Source: the human T2T-CHM13v2.0 reference genome, Homo sapiens
NCBI RefSeq assembly: GCF_009914755.1
Contig: NC_060948.1
Direction: 5' to 3' (one strand)
Length of the DNA: 64,000 nucleotides
Part shown: positions 53,901 to 64,000 of the stretch, piece by piece
Numbering within the stretch: the first letter of the stretch is position 1
Layout: each line of letters begins with the position of its first letter
Notes under the pieces: model-generated
The model's input: only the letters and a program-made list of their open reading frames with translations
The model's database searches: none
What the model was told of the DNA's origin: nothing
Made by a program: the position numbers and the translations under genes

Positions 53901-56900
53901 GAAAAAAAAAATGAAGACAGATGACACAGAAGGTGATTCCAACTCCATCCCCTCATTCCCTTAATTGCGGAAGTAGTCCACACCATAACTCAGCTTCAGA
54001 TTGGAGCACAGCAACGTGCAAGGAACATTTTGAGTGCAAATTGGGGACATCCTGGCAAACTTCTGATTTGAAGGATTTCAATCTGAGAGCCAAATGCGAC
54101 TGGAATGAATTGATGTTGGGTGGGATGTGGCTTCCAAACTTGCCTCTTCTTTTCCTGACTTGCATGTTCCTCATTGACCTGTGGTTTCCTGGGTTTGCCT
54201 CAACAACTGTTACACTAAATGTTTCCTAGTTCATGGAGAACAACCTTCATGGAAATCCATTGAGTGAGTGTTTTCTTCTAAACACTTTCACATTTTAATG
54301 ACTGGGCAGCTTTGATACCTTTAAACGGTAAATTCCCATTACAGCCACCAACAAGGAAACTCTTCTTTTCCCTCTGTTATCAGAGGGCTGAATGATTCCT
54401 GTATGATGAGAAGCAGGCAGCCGTGTCTAGATTTAGCCTGGTAATATAGCCTCTGCTTCATTTCATCTGCTCATCCTTCTCTTTGTGGATGGGCTCTTTC
54501 ATTGGCCTGTTGCTGGATGGGACTGCCTCTTGCCACAGATATTTTCGTTGCCAGGAATTTCAGGAAGAAAAATCGTTGTAGAGTAGACTGGCTGCACGTT
54601 GGGTTTTCAATCATTATCTTGTGGGAGCTGAGGTTGTTTGCATTTTGAAAGAGGCTTCTTCTTTCTGTGACAGGAATATGGAAATGTTGCTTGGACCCCA
54701 GCACAAGTCAGCTCTTTCTTTCAGGTGATGCTTGATGTTTCTTGGCTTTCATGGGGGATTCACATTGCCCCTCAACCACACTACTGGATACACTTTTCAG
54801 GATTGCAATCTCCACAGGTGGCCTCTGAGACACTGTCTGAACCTCATCTGCACCTGTGAGAGACCAGTTCGAGGTCTGAGAACATTGCTTCAATTTGGAC
54901 GTGCCTTTGTCATGGTTCCTGCTTTTCCCAGATAGCACCTGAGCAACCCAGAATGAAGGAATGCAGTGAGGTCAAGGCCAGGCCATCTTTCACTGACAAC
55001 TTTTTTCTGGTATTTCAAGTAAGAGCCCATCACCCAAAGAACCCTCAACATCTCACCGTAATATATTCCAATCCCCATGGGACAGGATTCTTGCACAAAG
55101 CCTCTTTCAGGAATGGAGTCAGAAGAGTAGTTTCCAGTGACAACCTCACAGTCTTGAAATGGCTCTGCCTCCAGTGTGACCTGACCATGGAGACAGCGTA
55201 TAAGGGCCCTAAGGTTGAGACTTTTAGGATCCTGCAATGGGTTATCACAGGCAGCCTTTTTCCTGATACCAGGCCAACTCTGTGTGTACCATTTTCCTCT
55301 GCTTAGGCAGGCTGACAGCCCTGACACCCTGGTGCTCTAATTTGAGTCACTAATGTGGATGTGCTAGTCTTAGGGCAATGGGCCTGAGCTGCGAGCTCTG
55401 GCTAGCATTACAATGAATGCCACCTTTGCCTAGTGACAATTCTCTTTGGCTTGATGGAGAAGGAGATCTCTGTGGAGGTGCATCGGCAGTAGACTCTCAC
55501 CTGTCTTCTCCGTGGGATCCATGGGCTAGTCCCATGATCCTAGGAGAGGGCAGATGTGAGCCTGCCTGAAGAAATGTCAAGCAGAGCCCCAGGAATAAAG
55601 CACAAAATCCGTACAGATCCAAAAGGATCTGCAGAATTCTTCAGGCCTGCCTAGACATTGTAGCAGTTTGTCTTATTGAAATGTGTCCCACTGTAATTTC
55701 TAAGTTTAGCCTTCCTTTGTTTTCCAAGCTTTCTCTCTCCCAGGAGGGGCTTCCTGCAGAATGAAGCAGCCTCAGAAGCTACTGGGCTGTGTGTTACTGC
55801 GGGAGTATTGCAAGTGTTGGATGTCTGCATGTGTGTGTGGCTTTATGTGTTTATGTGTGTGTGTCTGTGTGTGTGCATGTAAGTGAATTCGGCTTAAAGG
55901 AATGTAACTAACACACTGCAGTGCTTTTTTATTTTTTATTCTCCCAACCTTTTGGTGGCCTGTCTGTGTGTCTCTGCTTGGACTGTGGTGCTCCCTGTTC
56001 TTTATTTTTCTGTGGATCATGAATCAGCAATGACTAGTTAAGCAGTCTGTGACAAGCTGGGTTCCCCATTATCTGCCCCTGAAAAAAAAAGGCACTCCTC
56101 TAGAAAGAAGAGGAGAGCATCACACCCAAGAACAGATAGCTCCCAATGTTTCACTATAATGCAGCCAACCCAGAGACAGTAGCACTCTGGTCCCCATAAC
56201 CTCTTGAATTTACCCAGAATTCAGTTTCCAGCCAAGAAGGTGCTTCATGTCCTGTGGGTGCACTCCTCCATCAACTTGAGATTTCATGCTGGAACAGAGA
56301 GTGTGACAGCAATAAAGTCAGATACGGGTGAGGACACAATCTGGTAAGGTTTGGATGGGGTTCTGCAACTCCATCTGCAAAAAACTATGAATACAGGCGA
56401 CACAAAAGGAGCTTTCAATTCCATTTCCGTCACTTTAATTGCACAAGCAGTCCTCACCATGGCCCAGTATTCAGGTGGGAGTATTCCAAAGCAAAAGAAC
56501 TATTTGGAGTGCAAATTTGGGCCATCCTGGAAAACTCCTGATTTGAGGGCTTTCTTACCTGGAGTCAAATGGGAATGGAATGGATTGATGCTGGGTGGGA
56601 TGTGGCCTCCAGACTTGCCTCTTCTTTTCATGACTTTCATGTTTCTCATTGGCATATGGTTTCCTGGGTCTGGCTCAATGACTTCCATACTAAACATTTC
56701 CCAGTTAACTAAGAACAAGCCCCATAAGAATCCATTGCGTGAATGTTTCCTTCTATACACTATCATGTTTTAAATACTGGGGAGATTTGATACTTTTAAA
56801 AACATAAATGCCCATTACTGCCAACAGTAAGGAAACTCTTGTTCTCCCACTTCTATCGAGGGCTACAGGATTCCTGTAGGATGAGAAGCAGGCAGCCATT

Positions 56901-59900
56901 TCTGGCTTTTGCCTGGTAATCTAGCTTCTGTTTTATTTCTTCTGCATGGCTGTCCCATTATGGAGGGGCTAATTCATTGGGCTGTTGCTGGATGGAATGG
57001 CTTCTTGCCACAGATTATTTAGCTGCCAGAGATTTCTGAGAGCCAAAGGGACTTCAGGTGGGTTGGCTGAGATCCAGGTTATGTGTCGTTGTCTTGCTGT
57101 GGGTGTTGAGGTTGTTTGCACTTTGTCGGAGGCTTTTGGGTCCTCTGAAATGAGTCATTGAACACTGCTTGGACTCCAGCACAAGGCAGCTCATTCTTTC
57201 AGGTGAGAGTTGATTTTTCTTTGCTTTCATGCGGAATCCACAGTGCTCCTCAACAATAGTACTGGACACCCTTTTCAGATTTGCCATAACCAGAAACAGC
57301 CTCTGAGACTCTGTCTCAACGTCATCTGCACCCGTGAGAGGCCAGTCCCAGGTGTCAGAACACTGCTTTACTTTGGACTTGCCTTTGTCGTGGTTCCTGC
57401 CTTTCACAGAGAGCCCCTGCAAAGACCAGGATGAAGGGAGGCCGTGAGGTCAAGAAAACAGCCATCTTTCACTGACACCTGCATCTGAGTTCTCAACAAC
57501 ACGCCACACAATATTCCAATCCCCATGTGAGCTGATTCTTGCACACAACCTCTTTTGAAAATGGATTCAGAAGGGCAGTTTACAGAACTAACTCACAGTC
57601 TTGAAACACCTCCCCCTCCAGAGAAACCTGAAAATGGGGATGGCCAAAAGGGGCCCTGAGGTTGAGACTCTTAATGTCCCAGAGTGGATTTTCTCAAGCA
57701 GCCTTTTTCATGATACCAAACTGGCTCTGCCTGTACCCTTTTTCTGCTAAGGCAGGCTGACAGCTCTGACAGAAGAGTTCCCAAACTGACCTCACAAATA
57801 TGCATACACTTGTCTCAGGGCACCAGGCCTGATTGTGAGCTTTGGCTAGTGTCACATTAAATGTCATCGTTGCCTAGTGACAAGTCCCTGCTGCTTGGCT
57901 GAGAAAGAGGCCTCTGTGAAGGTGCATCAGTGGTGTACTCTTGCCTGTCTTCACTGTGGGATCCATGGGATAGTCCCAAGATCCTAAGAGAGGACAGGCA
58001 TGAGCCAGTCTGAAAAACTTCAAGCACAGCCCAAGGAATAAACTGTGAAATCCCCAAAGATCCAAAAGCATTTGCAGGATTTATCAGGTCCATGAAATTG
58101 TTGTAGAAATGAGTCTCCTAGAAACTGCCCCACTGTGATAACTAGTACAGCCCCCATTTTTTCCCCAGGATTGCAGTCTCCCAGGTAGGGCTTCATGAAG
58201 AACCATGCAGCCTCTAGAGCTGCCAGGCTGTGTGTTTCTGTGGGAGTGTTGCAAATGTTGGATGTGTGGGTGTGTGTGTCTGTGTGTGTTTGTGTGTGTG
58301 TGTGCCCATAAGTGGAGCCACCTTAAAGGAATGGGGCTAACACACTTCAGTGCTTCTTTTTTTTTTTTGTTTTTTAGATTCCTATCTTTTCTTGGCCTGT
58401 CTATGTGGCTCTGCTGGAGCTGCAGGGCTCCATGTTCTTTATTTTTCTGTTGATCATGAATCCTTAGTGAATTGGGAGGTGGCCTGAGACCCCCCAGCAT
58501 CCAAATTACCTCCCCCTGAAAAAAAAGGCCCTCTCTAGAAAGATGAGGAGCACACCACACACACAAAAAACGAACATATCCCAGTGTTTTATCATCCTGT
58601 GGCCAACCAAGGGGGAGACACTAGCAGTCCTGTCTGCAGGGCACCTTGAATTTACCTTGAATTCGATCACGTGCTTCATGTCATGAAGGGGTCCACTTCC
58701 ATTGTCTTGGGATTTTATCCTGTGACATAGAATGTGAGCAGAAATAAGGTCAGATGCGGTGAGTATAAAACCTGCTGAGGGGTGGATGGAGTCCCACAAC
58801 TTAACCTGCAAAAATAAAAAGGAAGACAGATGACACAGAAGGTGCTTCCAACACCATCCCCGCATTCCCTTAATTGCACCAGCTGTCCACACCATGACCT
58901 GGTTTCTGGTGCAAGTACTCCAACCTACCAGGAACTTTTGGTATGTAAATTAGGGCCATTCTGACAAACTCCTTATATGAGGGCTTTCATATCCAGAGCC
59001 AAATGGGAGCGGAATGCATTGGTGCTCTGTGTGATGTGGCCCCTAGATTTGCCTCTTCTTTTCCTGACTTCCATGTTCATCATTGGCCTAGCATTTTCTA
59101 TGACTGGCTCAAGAATTTCCACACTAAACATTACCCAGTTCAAAGAGAGCAACCCTCATGGGAATCCATTGCAGGAGTGTTTCCTTCTCACAGTCACATT
59201 TTAATGACTGGGAATCTTAGACACTTTTAAAACTATAAATTCTCATTACAGCCACCAACAAGAAAACTCTTGTTCTCCCTCTTCCATTGGAGGGCTGCAT
59301 GATTTCTGAAGAATGAAAATCAGGCAGCCATGTCTGGCTTTTGTCTGGTAATCTAGCCTTTGTTTCGTCTCATCTGCACCACCTTCTCATTGTGGAAGTG
59401 TTTTTTTATTGGGCTGCTGCTGTATTGGGCTGCCTCTCATCACAAATTATTTAGCTGCCAGGGATTTCATAAAGCAAAAAGGTCTTTGGGCAGGCTGGCT
59501 GCGCTGCAGGTTTGGGTCGTTATCTCATTGTGGTGACTGAGGTTGTTTGCACTTTGCAGCAGGGTTTTGGGTCCTCTGACAGGAAATATTGAACATTTCT
59601 TGGGCTCCAGCACAAGGCAGCCCATTCTCTCAGGCCAGTATTGATTTTCATTTGCTTTCATTTTGAATCCATAGTTTCCCTCAATAGCACCACTGGACAG
59701 TTTTGTCAGGCTTGCCATCACCACAGGCAACCTCTGAGACACGGTCTCAATTTTATCTGCATCCATGAGAGGCCAGCCCAAAGTACTGCTCCACATTGGA
59801 CTTGGCTTTGTTATGGTTCCTTCATTTCCCAAAGAACTATTAAAAGACCCAGGATGAAGGGAGACAGTGAGGTCAAGAATCCGGCCATCTTTCATTGATA

Positions 59901-60809
59901 GCTGCCTCTGGGGTTTAAGTATGATTCTATCACCCAAACAACCCTCAACAACACACTGGACTAGATTCCATTCCCCATGGTATTCGATTCTGGCACACAG
60001 CCTTCTATGGGAATGAAGCTGGAAGAGCAGTTTCCAGTGACAACCTCACAGTTTTGAAACACCTCCTCCTCCAGCAGGACCTGACCACAGAAGATGCCTG
60101 AAGGGGCCCTGAGGCTGAGAGTTTTGGAGTCCTGAAGTGGTTTTTGACAAGCAACATTTTTCCTGATGGTAGGCCAGCTCTGCCTCTACCATTTTTCTCT
60201 GCTTAGGAAGGCTGACAGTTCTGAGAGCTGGGTGCCTGAGCCTACTTCACAAATGCACATACACTAGTCTCCAGGCCAGATTGTGAGCTCTAGCTAGCAT
60301 CACAAAGAATGTCACCATTGCCTAGAGACAAGTACCTTCCTCTTGGCAGAGAAGGAGACCTTTGTAGAGGTTCGTCAATGGTGGACTGTTGCCTGTCTTC
60401 TCTGTGGAATCCGCAGGATAGTCCCATGATCCTAGGAGATTTCAGATGAGAGCCAGAGTCAGGAAACATAAGCACAGCCCCAGGAATAAACCACAAAATG
60501 TTTAGGAATCCAAAGGGATCTGCAGGATACCTTAGGGCTGCCTAGACCTTGTAGGTGTGAGTGAGTCTTCTTGAAACTTGCCCCACTGTGATTTCTAGTT
60601 ACAGCCCGCCTGTGTTCCCCAGGCTTGCTCTATGCCAGATGTGGCTTCCTGCAGAACCACACAGCCTCAGGAGCTGCCAGACTGTGTGTTTCTGTGGGAA
60701 TGTTGGGAGTGTTGGAAGTCTACGTGTGTGTCACATCGTGATTTTGTGTGTGTGTGTGCTCTTGTAAGTGCAGGCTTCTTAAAGAAATGTGGCTACCACA
60801 CTTCACCAC

Positions 60810-61703
60810 TGTAGGGAGACCCCATGAAACTATTACTACAGAATAAAAGATGAAATGACCTGATTATTGTAAATACAAAGTTGCATGCAGGATTGTGTAA
60901 AGACAATGCCAGATTGGACTGCCAGAATGAGCCAACAGCACGTGATGTGCTTCCCCCTGCAGAGACCCTATGAATGGACATGCAGTCAGGTTTCACATCA
61001 CCAAGACTCCTGTCCCAGAAAAGCAGATGTCCGTAGCTCTGGGAATGGAATGCAATCCTCATAGAGAGCCTATAAATGGACACATGGGGGGCGCCTGTCC
61101 ATATGGATAAGATAAGGCTATAAATGCCCTCATCTTGCCACGGCTCTTCTAGGCCTCTTTAGGGTTAAGGCATACTCCTTTCTGAGAATTTCTGGTCTAA
61201 CTGGTTGTCTAGCTTCACATCTTGTTTCCATGGATTGTTTGTAACCAGCTTTGTTGCAATTGTTACTGCTGATTAATATCTTGCTAATCATAGGTTATGG
61301 AAAGACTGTGTTTCTGTTCTAAGGCTCTGTTAGAAATTACTGATGCACACACTATATTGTAAATTCTTATCTCTCTGTATACTGTACTTCTACATAAAAA
61401 ATGTACTGTACTTGTACATACAAATGCTATGTTAAAGAATTACTTCATCCCCATGTGACCATCTCACCTTATAATGAAATGACCCTAAATCCCTCACTAA
61501 CCTACACCTGCCCTCACTACACTTAATAATAAATGCTGGTATATCCAGTGCATTGTTGGCACCACAGGACCAGAAAGCGGTGACCCCCCTGGACCCAGCT
61601 TTCACTATCTTGTGTGTGTCTATTATTTCTCAACCTGCCAATCCACCTAGGAACAAAGAGAGAACTCCATTGCATTGTGGGCTTCTGGCCAGATCCTGCA
61701 ATA
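60810..61703 (+). mobile_element. Solo LTR, ERVK class, MER11D-like (HERV-K11D/HML-7), 894 bp
   Basis: Interrupts a repeat unit at cacttcagcgcttc. It starts TGTAGGGAGACCCC and ends gatcctgcaata, with TATAAA at 61071 and 61119, AATAAA at 61528-61533, and a degraded 6-bp TSD caccac/caacgc. The subfamily name is from memory. Confidence 0.75.
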
Positions 61704-64000
61704 CAACGCTTCTTTTTTTGTGCCTCCAAACCTTTTGTTTGACCTTTATGTGTGCTCTGCTTGGCCTGTGGGGCTCCATGTTTTTGAATTTTCTGGTTAT
61801 CATGAATCCACAGTGAATTGGGAGGCAGGCTGAGACCTGCTGGTGTCCAAATCCCTCCCCCTGCAAAAATAAATAAATAAATTAATTAATAAACATAAAA
61901 TAAAAATAAAAATCCACTCTGCTAGAAAGAAGAAGAGCACACCACACCCAAAAAATGGACACCTGCTACCGTTTCATTGTCCTGCATCCAACCCAGGGAG
62001 AGGAACTAGCAGTCCTGTCTGCAGGTCCCCTTGAGTTGACCATGAATTCAGTTTCCAGCTATGCAGGTGTTTTGTGTTATGAAGGGGCACTTCTCCATCA
62101 TCTTGGGTTTTCATCCTGGGACACTGAGTATAAGAAGGAATAAGGTGAGATTGGAGTGAGGATATGATTTGATGAGAAGTGGAAGGGATCCCACAACTTC
62201 ACCTGCAATAAAAATGAAGACAAATGACACAGGAGGTGCTTCTAACCCCATGCTCACGTTTCATTAATTGCACAAGCAATCCACACCATGGCCCAATGTT
62301 CAGGTGGAAGTTCTGCAATGTGCAAGGAGTATTGGGAGTGCCAATTGGGACCATGCTGGCAAGCTCTTGATTTGAGGCCTTTCCTACACGGAGCCAAAAG
62401 GGAGTGGAATGTTCTGATGTTGGGTGGGATGTGGTCTCCACATTTGCCTCTTCTTTTCCTGACTTCCATGTCCCTTGTCAGCCTAGGGTTTCCTGGGTCT
62501 GGCTTAACAAATTCCACAGTAAACATTTCCCAGCTCATGAAGAACGACCCTCATTAGAATCCATTGCGTGAGTGGTTCTTTCTAAACACTGTCACATTTT
62601 AATGATTGCACAGCTTTAATATTTTTAAAACTGTAAATTTGTGTTATAGCCACCAAAACAGAAACTCCTGTTCTCCCACTTGTATCAGAAAGCTGCATGA
62701 TTTCTGAAGGATGAGAAGCAGGCAAACATGTCTAGATTTTGCCTGATAATCTAGCTTGTTTTATTTCATCTGCATGGCCTTCTCATTGTGGAGGCGCTCT
62801 TTCAGTGGGCTCTTCCTGGATGGGAATCCCTCTCACTACAGTTGAATTAGCTGCCAGGGATTTTAGAGAGTGAAAGGGAATTCATGTAGGCTGGATGGGT
62901 TCCGCATTGTGGTTGTTGTCTCGTTGGCAAGGCTGAGGTTGTTTGCAATTTGCAGGAGGATTTTGGGTCCTCAGACAGGAATCACTGAACATTGCTTGTA
63001 CTCCAGCACAAGGCAGCTTGTTCTCTCATTTGAGCCTAGATTTTTCTTTGCTTTCATGGGGAATCCACAGTGCCCCTCAACAGCACTACTGCACATACTA
63101 TTCGGACTTGTCATCGCTACAGATGGCATTTGAGACACTGTCTCAACGTCATCTGCAGCAGTGAGAGGCCTGTCTGATGTGTAAGAACAGGTCAAGTGCC
63201 CGGCCATCTTTTGCTGACAACTGCCTCTGGGGTCTCAAGTATGATTCTTTTACCCAAAAATCCCTCAACGAAGTCAGATTCTATCACCCAAAAACCCCTC
63301 AACAGCACACCAGACTATAAAACGATTTCCATGGGACCCAATTCTGGCACACATCCTCTTTTGGGAATGGAGTAAGAAGAGTAGTTTCCAGAAACCACCT
63401 CACAGTCTCAAAACGCCTTCTCCTCCAGTGAGACCCAACCACAGAGACAGACAAAGGGGCCCTGAGATGGAGGCTTTTTGGGTCCAGCAATGGTTTTTCA
63501 CAGGCTGCTTTTTTCCTGATACCAGGCAGATTCTGCCTGTACCATTTTCCTTGGTTAGGCAGGCTGACTGATCTGACAGCCAGGTGCCTGAGCTTACCTC
63601 CAGAATGTGCATGCACTAGTTTCAGGGCACCAGGCCTGATTGTGAGCTTTTTTGAGCATCACAATGAATGTTATCATTGCCTAGCGACAAGGCCCTGTGA
63701 CTTGGCAGAAAAAGGAGACATTCATGGGGATGCATGCAAAGTGGACTCCTGCTATTTTTCTCTGTGGGATCTACGACATAGTCCCATGATCCTAGGATAG
63801 GGCAGAAGTGGATTCCTCAGGCCTACCTAAGAATTGTAGGGGTGTCTTTTTGAAACTTGCCCCACTATGATTTCTAGTTAGAGCCCAGCTGTGTTGTCCA
63901 TGGTTGCTCTATACCATGTGGGGCTTCCTACAGAACCATGCAGCTTCAGGAGTTGCCAGGATGTATGTTTCTGTGGCAGTGTTGCAAATGTTGGAAGTCT

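Larger units (their letters stand above)
12521..64000. repeat. Degenerate tandem array of a ~2.45-kb unit, ~23 copies (TTTY/TTY2-type Y repeat)
   Basis: The anchor gaagacagatgacacagaagg recurs at approximately 12690, 13465, 15875, 17395, 19820, 22355, 23380, 25485, 27980, 30437, 32882, 35331, 37784, (deleted ~40200), 42384, 44847, 47292, 49028, 51500, 53920, 56398, 58829 and 62224. Full-length period is mostly 2.42-2.49 kb and shorter periods are deleted units. All copies are head-to-tail. Each has a TG-rich block and poly-T/poly-A tracts at homologous sites. Confidence 0.95.

Noticed and set aside
12521-64000. Array as DYZ2 or the DAZ 2.4-kb repeat because of the similar period
   Set aside because: It has no Alu plus AT-rich composition (DYZ2) and no 72-bp DAZ-repeat exon. 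The size match is coincidental.
12521-64000. Array as CRISPR, ERV internal sequence or a protein-coding gene cluster
   Set aside because: There is no short repeat/unique spacer pattern and no gag/pol/env motifs. ORFs are short, occur on both strands, and recur only because the DNA is repeated.

Overview
This is mammalian genomic DNA, almost certainly the ampliconic AZFb region of the human (or great-ape) Y chromosome. There are no prokaryotic features, and nearly all entries in the ORF track are chance ORFs. (1) 1-3.5 kb is the 3' half of an intact RBMY1 gene on the + strand. It has four 111-bp SRGY-box exons, a fifth dead SRGY exon, the last two exons, the stop codon and a polyA signal. The SRGY exon+intron unit is itself a ~545-bp tandem repeat. 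Three of these units carry a tiny 5'-inverted L1 insertion, and the fourth intron has the empty site. (2) 3.5-12.5 kb is AT-rich flank with Alus, old L1/L2/MLT fragments and a MER50-type LTR. It also holds a run of exon-like blocks on the minus strand that may be a decayed spliced gene. (3) 12.5-64 kb is a degenerate tandem array of ~23 copies of a ~2.45-kb unit of the TTTY (TTY2/TTTY13-like) type. The array has many internal deletions, one ERVK-type solo LTR and a long tetranucleotide STR. Comparing units suggests the ancestral unit was a CpG-rich NRF1+RFX promoter/first-exon module. It also suggests that a splice acceptor arises by CpG decay, and that two unit subtypes alternate in blocks (A4-B4-A4-B5/6-A3). 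All family names come from sequence recognition, not database searches.
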